Assembly: GCA_036397855.1 (NCBI GenBank)
Contig: DASWID010000101.1
Location: 289 to 64,288 of the forward strand
Origin: Thermodesulfobacteriota bacterium
GTDB lineage: Bacteria; Desulfobacterota_D; UBA1144; Nemesobacterales; CSP1-2
Length of the DNA: 64,000 bases
Reading direction: 5' to 3'
Under the pieces are notes generated by a model that did not search any database, was not told the origin of the DNA, and was given only the letters and a program-made list of their open reading frames with translations. Made by a program: the position numbers and the translations under genes. Of this stretch, positions 52,078 through 61,908 are shown piece after piece; positions within the stretch are counted from its first letter, which is position 1, and the number at the start of each line of letters is the position of its first letter.

Positions 52078-52220
52078 AGTTGCCTCCTTTCCTGCTTGTG
52101 TCAAGAGCGGCATTATCCTAGATGGATAACCAAATACCTTTGTTTGCTTGTTTCTCATATCTGATCCCTCCTTTTTTATGGTAGCAACAATAACACATGA
52201 AACTATCTTTAAAAATATTT

Positions 52221-52568
52221 TTATTTGATCCAGGTTCTCGCTTTATCAATTTGGGAGACGTCGAAATACTCTATCGCTAATTTTCTGAAGGGGTTACCCA
52301 CATAGGCAAAAACCAAATCCTTCAACTTTTCATCTCCAACGATAGCGATTTTTTCAATATGATCGTGCTGTGCCGCAAACTTTATGTCACCCCAATCGGC
52401 ACCCAGCTCCCATCCCATGAAGTCCTCTAATATAACCATTATTTTGATCTTTTTTTTGATTGTACTTAGAGCTTCTGACTGAATCTTTTCCAGTTCCAAT
52501 TTAGTCAATATTCCTTTGATTTTTACAGTGAGCAGGTTTCCTGATAATTCGAACATTTCAAATGGCAT
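52221..52568 (-). CDS. STAS/SpoIIAA-like (DUF3478) domain protein
   Basis: About 115 aa with a STAS-like alternating beta/alpha pattern; low confidence. Confidence 0.4.
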   Translation of the reverse strand: MPFEMFELSGNLLTVKIKGILTKLELEKIQSEALSTIKKKIKIMVILEDFMGWELGADWGDIKFAAQHDHIEKIAIVGDEKLKDLVFAYVGNPFRKLAIEYFDVSQIDKARTWIK

Positions 52569-52799
52569 CTAAACTTGACTCTTCTATCACATAAATATCG
52601 GAGTAGAGACCAACCAGTCTTGTTGATTCCTCCACGTTTGTGAAAACCATCTTCATGCCGACGGCTAAACCTAAACCAATGCAATTAGCGCAAATGCCGC
52701 CGGGTAGGGCATGCGCTTAAATAGGTATGCTGATGTTTGTCTTGCTGTTTGTTTTGCTTTCATACTTACCCACTTTTCTTTTTTAATTATTTCCTATGT

Positions 52800-54053
52800 T
52801 CAAAACCTAAAAGCAACTCCGAGCAACGGTCCGTACATCCAGGTTTTTGCTTCAAAGCGAGTATTCCCACTTCCATTGGCGTAGTTGTCGTATAGAGCTC
52901 GGAATCCGATCAACGGGGTTATGCGGTACCAGCTTAATTCATAGCCCACTACAGCGATTATATTCCATGAAAACTTAGATGAAAAACTTAGATCAAATCC
53001 TCCTATATCACTTCTAAACTCCAAAAAAAGTTTCTTATAAAAATCAAGCCTTGCCCGTCCGCCGACGATAAAATCGAACCAGTTCTGACTTTGATCTATT
53101 TCTGATGGTAAGATGCCTAAGGGGCCATGGATGTCTAACTCGTTATTCAGATGCCAGTAACGCCCTCCGGCAATTATATCGAAGGTGACAGATGGCTCCG
53201 ATCTTTGGACGAATTGATTGTATTGACTCCCGACAGGCCAGGTACCTACCCGGTATAATCCTCCAAATTCCTCGATAAACATAGTGGTCGTCAAGTTGGC
53301 ATTTATGGAGCCAGAGCGTCGCAGTGTGACATCCTGGTTTATGGCCAGCTTCGAAAACATGGTATCCGCAAATATTCCGAATTTACCTTTCCACCATACT
53401 TCGCCGTGAAACATCGCTGCAATATCTAGGTGCTCAAGCAAATCAATGAAAGTCGCGTGGCCGTCAGCACCCCTTCCATTAACTACTATGTCTTCGCTAA
53501 TACTGCTAAGCCATCCATAGGGTATCAAGATAAATTCCCAATCTTTTGATTTAGAGGTTTGAGGGTTGGAATTAGCCTCGGCGTCATTGGCAGCGTAAAC
53601 ACCGGTCACAGAGGTTTGACTGACTCTTTCAGTTAAGTATTTGTCGTTAATACCAAATTTATCTGATAATCCTTGGGATACAGGGATTCTTTCGCCAAGA
53701 AAAATACCGGAGATATGCCTGCTTGATTCTCCAGGAAGATCGGGCATTAAAAGCGCTCGGTTAGCCTTTGTCGCCCCTTCGGATCCAAAATGATCTTTGG
53801 TGTATTCCCGATATCCTGGATCTACTCGTTCGGGAGGGATTTTATTTTCCGAAATGTCCGGTTCATATAAACATAATCCACCACACTGACTATAAGCGGA
53901 TTCGCTGCCAAGGGTAAAAATCAGTAAAGATATTATTAATGTCACAAGTAAAATAGGGATCCTAATCATTTCGAAGGGGGGAAGTGAATCGCGACACCTG
54001 GTCTTTTTTTCTATATTAGACCTACAATTTTTAACTGTGACAATTTCTCTCAT
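52800..54053 (-). CDS. putative outer-membrane beta-barrel protein
   Basis: Signal/TM at the N-terminus; alternating amphipathic strands; C-terminal aromatic residue (..GVAFRF). Confidence 0.4.
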   Translation of the reverse strand: MREIVTVKNCRSNIEKKTRCRDSLPPFEMIRIPILLVTLIISLLIFTLGSESAYSQCGGLCLYEPDISENKIPPERVDPGYREYTKDHFGSEGATKANRALLMPDLPGESSRHISGIFLGERIPVSQGLSDKFGINDKYLTERVSQTSVTGVYAANDAEANSNPQTSKSKDWEFILIPYGWLSSISEDIVVNGRGADGHATFIDLLEHLDIAAMFHGEVWWKGKFGIFADTMFSKLAINQDVTLRRSGSINANLTTTMFIEEFGGLYRVGTWPVGSQYNQFVQRSEPSVTFDIIAGGRYWHLNNELDIHGPLGILPSEIDQSQNWFDFIVGGRARLDFYKKLFLEFRSDIGGFDLSFSSKFSWNIIAVVGYELSWYRITPLIGFRALYDNYANGSGNTRFEAKTWMYGPLLGVAFRF

Positions 54054-54505
54054 AGCTTTATTTCCTCCTGTCTCTCCTTGAATTTAATCAATACTACTAA
54101 ATGCAAGAATATTCCAAAAAATCGTTTTAATTGCCACCTCAGATCCTGGTGCGTAAAGACGTCTGATACTTTGAGTAGGCATAAAATACAAGATATATCC
54201 GTTCGTCCTGAGCAGTGAGCCCCTCGATAAACTCGGGACAGGCATGTCGAACTGTCGAAGGACGAATCGCACCCGTCGACTAGTAATCCTCGCAAAAGAA
54301 TAATATGGTCCCTTCAATTGCAATCGATATAGTTTAACTCGATTTATACCAGTAATTTGCGGCGGTCCATACTTATCGTAATCCTCCCGATTGATGAGGG
54401 AGAATTCAGGGGTGATTCACAATTCCTTTAATCCTTTCCCGTGTATAGGCGACGGACGACTGTAGTGACGGTTTACGTCACAACAACTCCAAACCACAAA
54501 ATCCA

Positions 54506-55270
54506 CTATTGAGGCGGTTGGACCACCACATAGGTGACCTGACCCCCCTGATACATTGGTTGGTACCAGGTCGAGCCGACCTGATAATAGGTCACCCCGC
54601 CCACGACCACCTGGGTCTGGGGGGCCGACATTGCACTGAACGCGGCCGCCGTCATCGTCGAACCGATGACTGCGCCAGTTACGGCCCCGGCGGCGTAGGC
54701 GCCACCATAGCCATAGCCGTACCCTCCCCCGCCATGGTAGTGGTAGTCATCGTAGTTGTCGGCGTAATTCTGCCGGCTTTGCTGTGCGTCCTGTCCATAA
54801 CTCTGTCGGCTTTGCTGCGCGTCCTGCCCATAACTCTGTCGGCTTTGCTGCGCGTCCTGCCCGTAGCTTTGCCGTGAGGACTGGCGCTCGCTTTGATTAG
54901 CCGAGCCAGTCGACTGCATTTGTTGTGCTGAGGACTGACGGCTTGACTGCATGCTCGAGCGATTGGATTGCCAATTCCCGCTACTGGCGGCACCGCTTTG
55001 AGAAAAGCCACCCCCACCGCCCCAGTCGCGAGAACCTCCGCCACCGCCCCCCGCCTCGCGGGAACCTCCTCCACCGCCTCCTCCCCAACCGCCAGAACCT
55101 CCTCTCCCACCGAAACTCCCACCACTGGCGCCACTGCTCCGCGAGAATCCTCCTCCGCCTCCCCCGCCACCGCCTCCAAAACCCCTGGCATCAACGTTTG
55201 TGGCCGCAAACAGAAACATCAAGAACAGGCCATTCCATAATGCAAACTGTACCCATATTTTCGATCTCAT
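54506..55270 (-). CDS. secreted Gly-rich / QS-rich repeat protein
   Basis: Signal peptide, poly-Gly tracts, four SRQSYGQDAQQ repeats, hydrophobic Gly-zipper-like tail. Confidence 0.5.
   Translation of the reverse strand: MRSKIWVQFALWNGLFLMFLFAATNVDARGFGGGGGGGGGGFSRSSGASGGSFGGRGGSGGWGGGGGGGSREAGGGGGGSRDWGGGGGFSQSGAASSGNWQSNRSSMQSSRQSSAQQMQSTGSANQSERQSSRQSYGQDAQQSRQSYGQDAQQSRQSYGQDAQQSRQNYADNYDDYHYHGGGGYGYGYGGAYAAGAVTGAVIGSTMTAAAFSAMSAPQTQVVVGGVTYYQVGSTWYQPMYQGGQVTYVVVQPPQ
54767..54870. repeat. 33-bp tandem repeat (about 3.3 copies) encoding the SRQSYGQDAQQ repeats
   Basis: ctctgtcggctttgctgcgcgtcctgcccataa repeated head to tail. Confidence 0.85.
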
Positions 55271-55272
55271 AA

Positions 55273-56079
55273 CTATTTACCTCCTTTCATTTCTGGTCCC
55301 CCGGGCTGCATCATCTGCCGCGGGGAAAAAGCAATCTTCACCGCACCTTTTGGCGGGGTAAAAGCAAACAGCGAATCGCGCACCTTCGGCGCAAGATTCC
55401 ACTCAGTAAAATTGGCCCAGAACTGCGGCCGTCCGTCCTCTCGCTTGTAGGTAATCACTACACGCTGCGGCAGTGGTTTATCGCCCTCAGCAATCCACAG
55501 TTGCATGTCTGCCTGGTCCCCGCGCAGGGCGATGTGATCACAGGGGACACCGCCAATAGATGATTTTTCGACATAGGCGGCTTCGCGCACCCGTTCCGGC
55601 AACATCTTGGGGAGATTGCTGTTAACCAACTCGGCCAGAGGCAACCGCATGTCCAGGTCATTTACAAAATACGCAATTGCCTCATCAACTGTACCAGGCC
55701 TGGCCTCCATGGCATACACATTTTCCTTTGGGTTAAACACGGTAATGTTCTTACCATCGAAAATTACCTCGTCCTCTGCTCCGCTTCTTTTTGTAGTGTC
55801 TATTCGGAGATGATCAGGGCGGCTGAGCAGAATCTTGCGAGTTTCTCCGAACTCGATTTTCTGCCCGGAATCCTGGACAGTATCAAAGCCGATGTCCACC
55901 GTGACACTGAAGCGCTGTGCTTGCGAAAGAAAATCGGCCATCCGCTTCAGCACGGCCATTGCCTGCTGTTCACTTTTGTTCTGATCGGTCGGGCTGGTTT
56001 GCTGAGCGCTGACAGGCATCCCCACCAGCAACAGAGCAAAAACCCAAGCCATTACAACTTCTAACCTTACTTCTATCAT
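55273..56079 (-). CDS. periplasmic DUF2092/LolA-like protein
   Basis: Signal peptide; AGGAGG RBS; family assignment is from memory and tentative. Confidence 0.45.
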   Translation of the reverse strand: MIEVRLEVVMAWVFALLLVGMPVSAQQTSPTDQNKSEQQAMAVLKRMADFLSQAQRFSVTVDIGFDTVQDSGQKIEFGETRKILLSRPDHLRIDTTKRSGAEDEVIFDGKNITVFNPKENVYAMEARPGTVDEAIAYFVNDLDMRLPLAELVNSNLPKMLPERVREAAYVEKSSIGGVPCDHIALRGDQADMQLWIAEGDKPLPQRVVITYKREDGRPQFWANFTEWNLAPKVRDSLFAFTPPKGAVKIAFSPRQMMQPGGPEMKGGK

Positions 56080-56407
56080 TTTGCACCTCCTTGTCTTTGT
56101 TTAATTTCTTTATTCTGAGCTACATCTTATATTTATGTTCGTTGCCACTGAGGCTCGGACTTCTATGAAAATAAAGTGCAAGTAAAATATCATGCTTTCG
56201 GCTCAGCCATCCATCCGTGCCTTCTATTATCCAAAAATATTTCGGATAATAACGGTATACGGGAATCTATGCTAAATACCTTACCATTCCTCTTTATTTG
56301 GGGCGATACTTAAACGCCATATTATATCACAGAACCTCTTTGAAAGCGTGTTACTGACTTGCCGGGTCGCGTTGACCCGAATTAATCTCTGATCCTTAAA
56401 GGATCAA

Positions 56408-56710
56408 TCAGGGAATCATACCGCATTCGAACAATTTGTTGGCGATAGGGGCCGCTACTAAGTTGATGAACGCAGTGCGCATTTGAGGATTATTTTGCAG
56501 TAATGTCACCACTCGCTGCTCCATCTCTGCCTTTTCCCCTGACGGTGGTTGGCTTTTCTCCATTGCCAACTGCTGACAGGAAGACGTTTGGTATTTCTGG
56601 ATCACTTTCTGGGCGATCTTCTCCATTATCGGGTACGACTCCTGAGCGCTGGCGATGCCAACGTAAATCAGCAAAGCAATCAGAGCGAGCACGTAATAAT
56701 ATCTGGGCAT
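56408..56710 (-). CDS. small exported hypothetical protein
   Basis: Signal peptide; ORF only. Confidence 0.35.
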   Translation of the reverse strand: MPRYYYVLALIALLIYVGIASAQESYPIMEKIAQKVIQKYQTSSCQQLAMEKSQPPSGEKAEMEQRVVTLLQNNPQMRTAFINLVAAPIANKLFECGMIP

Positions 56711-56996
56711 AGTATTCTCCTCCTTATGTTGATTTACTCTTTAATGTATTTGGGTTCCATGATTATTTCCATTCTGTTTTTGGTTAGGATCAAATGAACC
56801 CATTTTATGCTCAACATATAAATATCACGAATAACATTCAAGTCCAACCCTAATTTTGTTACTTACTCGCTTCACCCCTCGGCGTCTTCTTTGTCTCTCA
56901 TTTAACCGCCTCGACCTCGTAGGACAGGACAAGAATGTCCCGTCTATCGTTGCATAAATTCTTTCTTAAAATCGTATAAGTCCCTCATATCGGTGC

Positions 56997-58028
56997 TCAT
57001 GTCCAGAATCCAGCCAAGCGCTCAAAAAACCAGAACGCCGCCAGTATGCCAATCACATAGGTTGCGGCTGGCAGCGCGTGGTGTGCAATGACCGAAGCTA
57101 GCCTGATTCGCTTTGCTAATGTCAGGACGCTGAGAACTACCCCGATGAATGCGAGCTGCCCGATTTCTACGCCCACGTTGAAGGCGAACAGGGCGAGCGG
57201 AACACCGCTCTCCGGAAGCCCTATGTTAGTGAGTGCACTTGCAAAGCCGAAACCGTGGAGCAGGCCGAAAGAAAAGGCCACTGCCCAGGGCCACCTTGCC
57301 GTCAAGCTCCCCTGACCGTGTTCCAATCTGACGATCTCGCAGGCCAGCAGCAGGATGCTCAGTGCGATGGCAGCTTCGATAGGTTGTCCCGCCAAGTGCA
57401 CCGCACCGAGTGTGGCCAGCGCCAAGGTTATAGAGTGTGCGATGGTGAATGCGGTGATCGTCATGAGAAGAACGCGGCGGCTCCGAACAATGAGAATGAG
57501 CGCAAACACGAACAGCAGGTGGTCGTAGCCGAAGAGTATGTGCTCGATACCGTGCGTCAAAAAGGCGCCTGCGACTGCCAAAGGCCCACGCGAAGCCGCG
57601 ATCTCCACCCGGGGCTTAGACGGCCGGACTAGCGTGGTCGAGTACGTGCCGTCGAGCATCTGCACGCGTACTAATACGTCCGTGATTGTTGCCTGAAGTC
57701 CGACGAACTCGATTTGCTTTCCGGCAAGCCCGCTTGCGCCTGCGTCAATCACCCGGCGTTCGACGAGCGAGTCCGCTAGCTCCTGCACGGTCGGCTCCGT
57801 GACATTGCGCACGCCATCAGAAAATTTTAGTGCGACTGGAAGGCGCATTCCCGACATAATGGGGGTACGCCACAGAATGCTATAACGGCCAGGTGCCGTC
57901 TCGTTGATCTCAAGGTAGGCAGGACGAGACTCGTGAGCCCATGCACTGTGTACATAAGCCGATGCCCCAACCAATACACTTAGGAATATTAACCATAGTA
58001 CTAAGAAACCGGTCTTTCCGCCTCTCAT
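56997..58028 (-). CDS. HupE/UreJ family metal transporter with an N-terminal periplasmic domain
   Basis: HGIEHILFGYDHLLF signature and C-terminal TM bundle. Confidence 0.6.
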   Translation of the reverse strand: MRGGKTGFLVLWLIFLSVLVGASAYVHSAWAHESRPAYLEINETAPGRYSILWRTPIMSGMRLPVALKFSDGVRNVTEPTVQELADSLVERRVIDAGASGLAGKQIEFVGLQATITDVLVRVQMLDGTYSTTLVRPSKPRVEIAASRGPLAVAGAFLTHGIEHILFGYDHLLFVFALILIVRSRRVLLMTITAFTIAHSITLALATLGAVHLAGQPIEAAIALSILLLACEIVRLEHGQGSLTARWPWAVAFSFGLLHGFGFASALTNIGLPESGVPLALFAFNVGVEIGQLAFIGVVLSVLTLAKRIRLASVIAHHALPAATYVIGILAAFWFFERLAGFWT

Positions 58029-59029
58029 CGTGCCTCCTTCGCCGAGGGTAAATTGACACTCAGCACCTCATTTCCAGTTGATGGCGGCAGTACGACCTCA
58101 TATTGCATTCTCATCGCTTCAAACATCTTGCGCTTTGTCCCGGCGCGCTGCTCTTCTATCCATTTGGACTTGACATCCTGCTCTACCTCCTCGAACTGCG
58201 GCATCCGGCTGGGTGTAATGGAGTCAACCCAGACTAGGTGCCAGCCGTACCCAGACTCGATCGGACCCTGCCACGAACCGGGTTTGATCTGGAACAGCGA
58301 CTGCGCAAAGTTTGGACCGAACTCTTTAGCTAACTGCTCTGGCGTGCGGTCGCCGTAGTAATCCTGGAACATGAAGGGATCGGCGAGAGCAGCCGCAGCC
58401 GGCGAGTCTTCGGTTTTGCCGGGGAGCTCATTGAGCGCACTCACAGCGTCGGCGCGTGTGTGCTGGCCCCGGCGGTCGGGAGAGAAGTAAAGGTGGCGGA
58501 ATGTTGTGCGTGCGGGCAGCGCGAAGCGCTGGGAATTCTCCTCGAACCAGGCCCTGAGTTCTTCGGTCGTGGGCTCGCGCAGGTCTGACAAATCTTCGGC
58601 GAGAAACTCCATCTTCTGCGCCATCCGGCGCTTGACGATGGTATCCTCCTTGTCCAGGCCTAGCGCCAGCGCCTCACGGTAAAGAATCTCCTCGCGGACT
58701 TTGCTCTCCACTAGCCCGGCAAACTCCTGCGGAGTAGGGGGACGCTGCCATTGCGCGGTGAAGAATATTTGCAGTTGGCGGATGTCGTCCTCCGTCAGCA
58801 CGATCCGGTTGAGACTCCCTCCTTGACCCGGACCAGGATGCAGTGCGCCATAAATGACGAACAGCCCCAGGCCGATCAGAAGAAAATGCACCAGAGGCTC
58901 GCGAAGCCAGCGCTTTACGAATAACGGCGGGCGCAACGATCGTTTCAGGTACGATAGTTGGGTTCCCCTCAGAATTGGCTCATCTGAACTAATATCTGTA
59001 CTTTGCATTACTCTGTCATCTCTCATCAC
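58025..59029 (-). CDS. membrane-anchored parvulin-type peptidyl-prolyl isomerase (SurA/PpiD-like)
   Basis: N-terminal TM, SurA-N-like helical region, C-terminal PpiC block (GPIESGYGWHLVWV). Confidence 0.5.
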   Translation of the reverse strand: MMRDDRVMQSTDISSDEPILRGTQLSYLKRSLRPPLFVKRWLREPLVHFLLIGLGLFVIYGALHPGPGQGGSLNRIVLTEDDIRQLQIFFTAQWQRPPTPQEFAGLVESKVREEILYREALALGLDKEDTIVKRRMAQKMEFLAEDLSDLREPTTEELRAWFEENSQRFALPARTTFRHLYFSPDRRGQHTRADAVSALNELPGKTEDSPAAAALADPFMFQDYYGDRTPEQLAKEFGPNFAQSLFQIKPGSWQGPIESGYGWHLVWVDSITPSRMPQFEEVEQDVKSKWIEEQRAGTKRKMFEAMRMQYEVVLPPSTGNEVLSVNLPSAKEAR

Positions 59030-59208
59030 GAGACTCCTCCAATCATTCTCCGATCGAGAAATTCCCGCCCGTTAGGCAGTAAAACTGAAACCGCCTGGGT
59101 GCTCACGAACAACATCAGTGCGGGTGAAACACTTAGCAACCACTGCTTCATTGAGCTTTCCCTCCTGCCTTGGCGAAGTCGTCTTTTTTCGGGTCCGATC
59201 ATGACGGC

Positions 59209-61635
59209 TCACCGCAGAGGGCTCAGCTCCGCCACCGCTGGGATGATCTCGTAGTTGGCGTAGCCGAATTCGTTGCTGCGCGCGCCCAGATACTTCGTGC
59301 CCACTTTGTATACGGTGATCTCGATTGGCGTGCCGACGAGCTCGGTGACGATCTTCCCGTTGACGATGTAGTAGGTCCGGGAGGTGCCGAGATAGCTGGC
59401 ATCGACCGTGTCGCCGGTCAGGCTCTGCACCGCCACCTTCTTTCCCACGTAGCGCACCTGGAATTGACCCTGGTTGGCGGGGAAGCGCTGGGTGACGTAG
59501 CCGGGCTCGGAGGGTGTGAGCGGCTTCGCGTCAGGGCCCTTGCCCAGGGCATCGTAGATGATCATGTACTTGTCGCCCGTCACCGTGTTCTGCAGCCAGA
59601 CGGACTTCTCCACGATCAGCGCCTTCAATTGAGCGTCGTCGAGCAGCACCGCGCCCTTCTTCTTCAGGTCGGCCACAGTCAGACCGGGCTTTGCGTTCTT
59701 TCGCGCCTCGGCGCTCGGCGTGTACCAGATCGGCGAGCTCCATGCGCGCTCCTGGACAGTGGGGGCCACGACGTCGGGCGGCGCGATGCCGAGCTTCTTG
59801 GCCTGGATCGTGGTCCAGCGCGGCGTCGGGATTTCCAGTACGCGGGCGTAGTAGAAGGCGTGCAAGCTCGGATCGAACTCGGGATCGGTCCATACGGTCT
59901 TGAGCTCTGCCGAGCCGACGGTGTTTGTGTACGTGGCGTTGTCGATGTCCACCGTGCTGCCGATCGGCGGCACCACGCCGGTCCATTTGTCCGGCTTGCG
60001 GTCGCCCGCCCAGACCACGTCAAATATCTTCTCGAAGCTCTGGCCGCTCTTGCTCCAGCCTTTGACGATCTGAATGCGGTCGAGGTTGCCGGACGTCGGA
60101 TCTTTCACCGCCCACACCATGAATGTCGGGGCCTTGCCCTTGGCCGGTGGAAGATCGCCGCCCATCGGCACGCCCTTGGCGTACCCGTTCTTGACCCAGT
60201 CCTTGTCGCTCAACGTGTCCGCCGTGTACTCCCAGCCGCCGAACAGGCGGACCTTGATGTGCGGGCCGGTTACGGCAAAGGTTTCCTTGCGCTTCATGGC
60301 CTCAAACAGCGACGCGCGCGTATTCTCCTCGGCCCACACGCCGGTCAACCCGCCGGTGCCTTCAGTGCGCGCGTCGAACATGCCGCCGACCAGCGTGCCG
60401 GACATGCGCGCCTCGATCGTCCCGTCCGTGAAGGAATGGCCGCCGAAGAAGTTGTCCTGGCGGTAGGGGACGGCGGTGTTGTGCGAGTCCGAAGCCGCTC
60501 CGAATCCGAACTTGTACGGGTTGAAGCCCTGGCTGTCCTCGAGGGAGAGGCCGTCCTTCAAAGCCTGGCGGGCGTAGCTCCCGACGATGTGCGGAATGCG
60601 GCCCGGCGGGTTGCCGAGCAGGACGGACATGATCTCGAAGCTGGCGAACTCGTCGTTCGGCGAGAGCAAGGGGTGGGTCTCGGAGGTGCCCTTGAGCTGC
60701 TTGATCTCGATCAGCGGCTCGTTGCGAACGCGGGACGCGGCATAGGCGGCATCGATCGGGCGGCCCTCGGTGTCCACCTCGGTCGGGAACATGCGGCCGT
60801 CGGACAGGTTCGCGTTGTGCGAGATGGCCAGCAGATCGTTCCCGGCCTTCCGCTGGTCGTCCATCCAGTTCCAGAGATCGACGGGATGAAACGAGTCCAG
60901 AGCGCTGAACGGCAGCGCCGGCACCTTGGCGCAGTCCTTGAAAAAGATGTTGCGGTGGAGGTTCATGTTATTAGGCATCGAGGTCCACTCGTAGGAGCAG
61001 AAGGCCGTGAACTTCTTGGGCTGGTTCGCCTCGTCGGCGAGCGCGACGTTCCGCTTCCAGACCGTCCCGGCAACCTCGGGCGCCATGAGCGCCTTGACGG
61101 GCGGTCCAGCGACGAGGGTGTTGATGGCGTAGAGGGCGACCCTCTCCATTTCTTCCTTGGTCCTGGCCTTTAGGATCAGGGGCTTCGCCTCGGGGATCTT
61201 GCTGATCGCCGAGCCCGGCTCGTTCGCCAGGTTGACCACGCCCGCGTATTCGGAGTGATCCGTAACCCCCGCCCAGTCGAGCGGCGTATCGATCTTGACC
61301 TCGTAACCAAGCGGATGCTTGATCGGCTCGCCCTTGAAGTATTTGTACGCGTCGCCGGGATTGGTGATGGTGTTCCCGATGCTGAACGCGTCGAGCGACC
61401 AGCTCGTATGGACGTGGGTCTCGCCGAAATAGGCGTTCCGCTCGGGGTTCTTATCAGGGCTCATCTGTGTGAGTGCCGGCGAAGCCATCAGGAGCATTAG
61501 CGTAGCCCCCAGCAATACAGCCGTTACGCCCTGTAGTTGAAAATATCCCTTCTTCATGTCAACCTCCTTTAGTCTCCCAGCCAAAACTGATCTGAGATAA
61601 TGACAACTCTTTAAGATATTCTTTACGCTCTCCAT
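59209..61635 (-). CDS. DUF3604-like secreted protein (PHP-like metal-binding HVHT motif)
   Basis: Signal peptide; ETHVHTSWSLDAF motif; 808 aa; paralogous to the downstream gene. Confidence 0.5.
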   Translation of the reverse strand: MESVKNILKSCHYLRSVLAGRLKEVDMKKGYFQLQGVTAVLLGATLMLLMASPALTQMSPDKNPERNAYFGETHVHTSWSLDAFSIGNTITNPGDAYKYFKGEPIKHPLGYEVKIDTPLDWAGVTDHSEYAGVVNLANEPGSAISKIPEAKPLILKARTKEEMERVALYAINTLVAGPPVKALMAPEVAGTVWKRNVALADEANQPKKFTAFCSYEWTSMPNNMNLHRNIFFKDCAKVPALPFSALDSFHPVDLWNWMDDQRKAGNDLLAISHNANLSDGRMFPTEVDTEGRPIDAAYAASRVRNEPLIEIKQLKGTSETHPLLSPNDEFASFEIMSVLLGNPPGRIPHIVGSYARQALKDGLSLEDSQGFNPYKFGFGAASDSHNTAVPYRQDNFFGGHSFTDGTIEARMSGTLVGGMFDARTEGTGGLTGVWAEENTRASLFEAMKRKETFAVTGPHIKVRLFGGWEYTADTLSDKDWVKNGYAKGVPMGGDLPPAKGKAPTFMVWAVKDPTSGNLDRIQIVKGWSKSGQSFEKIFDVVWAGDRKPDKWTGVVPPIGSTVDIDNATYTNTVGSAELKTVWTDPEFDPSLHAFYYARVLEIPTPRWTTIQAKKLGIAPPDVVAPTVQERAWSSPIWYTPSAEARKNAKPGLTVADLKKKGAVLLDDAQLKALIVEKSVWLQNTVTGDKYMIIYDALGKGPDAKPLTPSEPGYVTQRFPANQGQFQVRYVGKKVAVQSLTGDTVDASYLGTSRTYYIVNGKIVTELVGTPIEITVYKVGTKYLGARSNEFGYANYEIIPAVAELSPLR

Positions 61636-61908
61636 GCGTTACTTGCTTATTATGCAATACTTATTATTTTTAAACAAACTATATTTACGAGGGATAGATG
61701 TCCGATCATCCTAAGCCCGGTCAAAGGATGAATTTTTGAGACTAAAAAAGACCGCTCGGCCTTCGACAACCATACGGTCGTTTTGTTTGTTACCTCCCCT
61801 AACGCTACTAACTTAACTCCTCGCACGGAGCGCTTTGCGTTGATCGGAAGAGTCTACGCAGCCGTAGTTTCTCAATCGTGGGCTGCGCTTCATCAGGCAC
61901 AAAAGAAA

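Noticed and set aside
59170-61173. 667-aa ORF on the + strand, and several other 60-150-aa ORFs in the 54-64 kb region
   Set aside because: Antisense to the well-supported DUF3604, HupE and Gly-rich genes. The proteins are Arg/Ala/Gly-rich and low-complexity, as expected from stop-poor frames in ~60% GC DNA.
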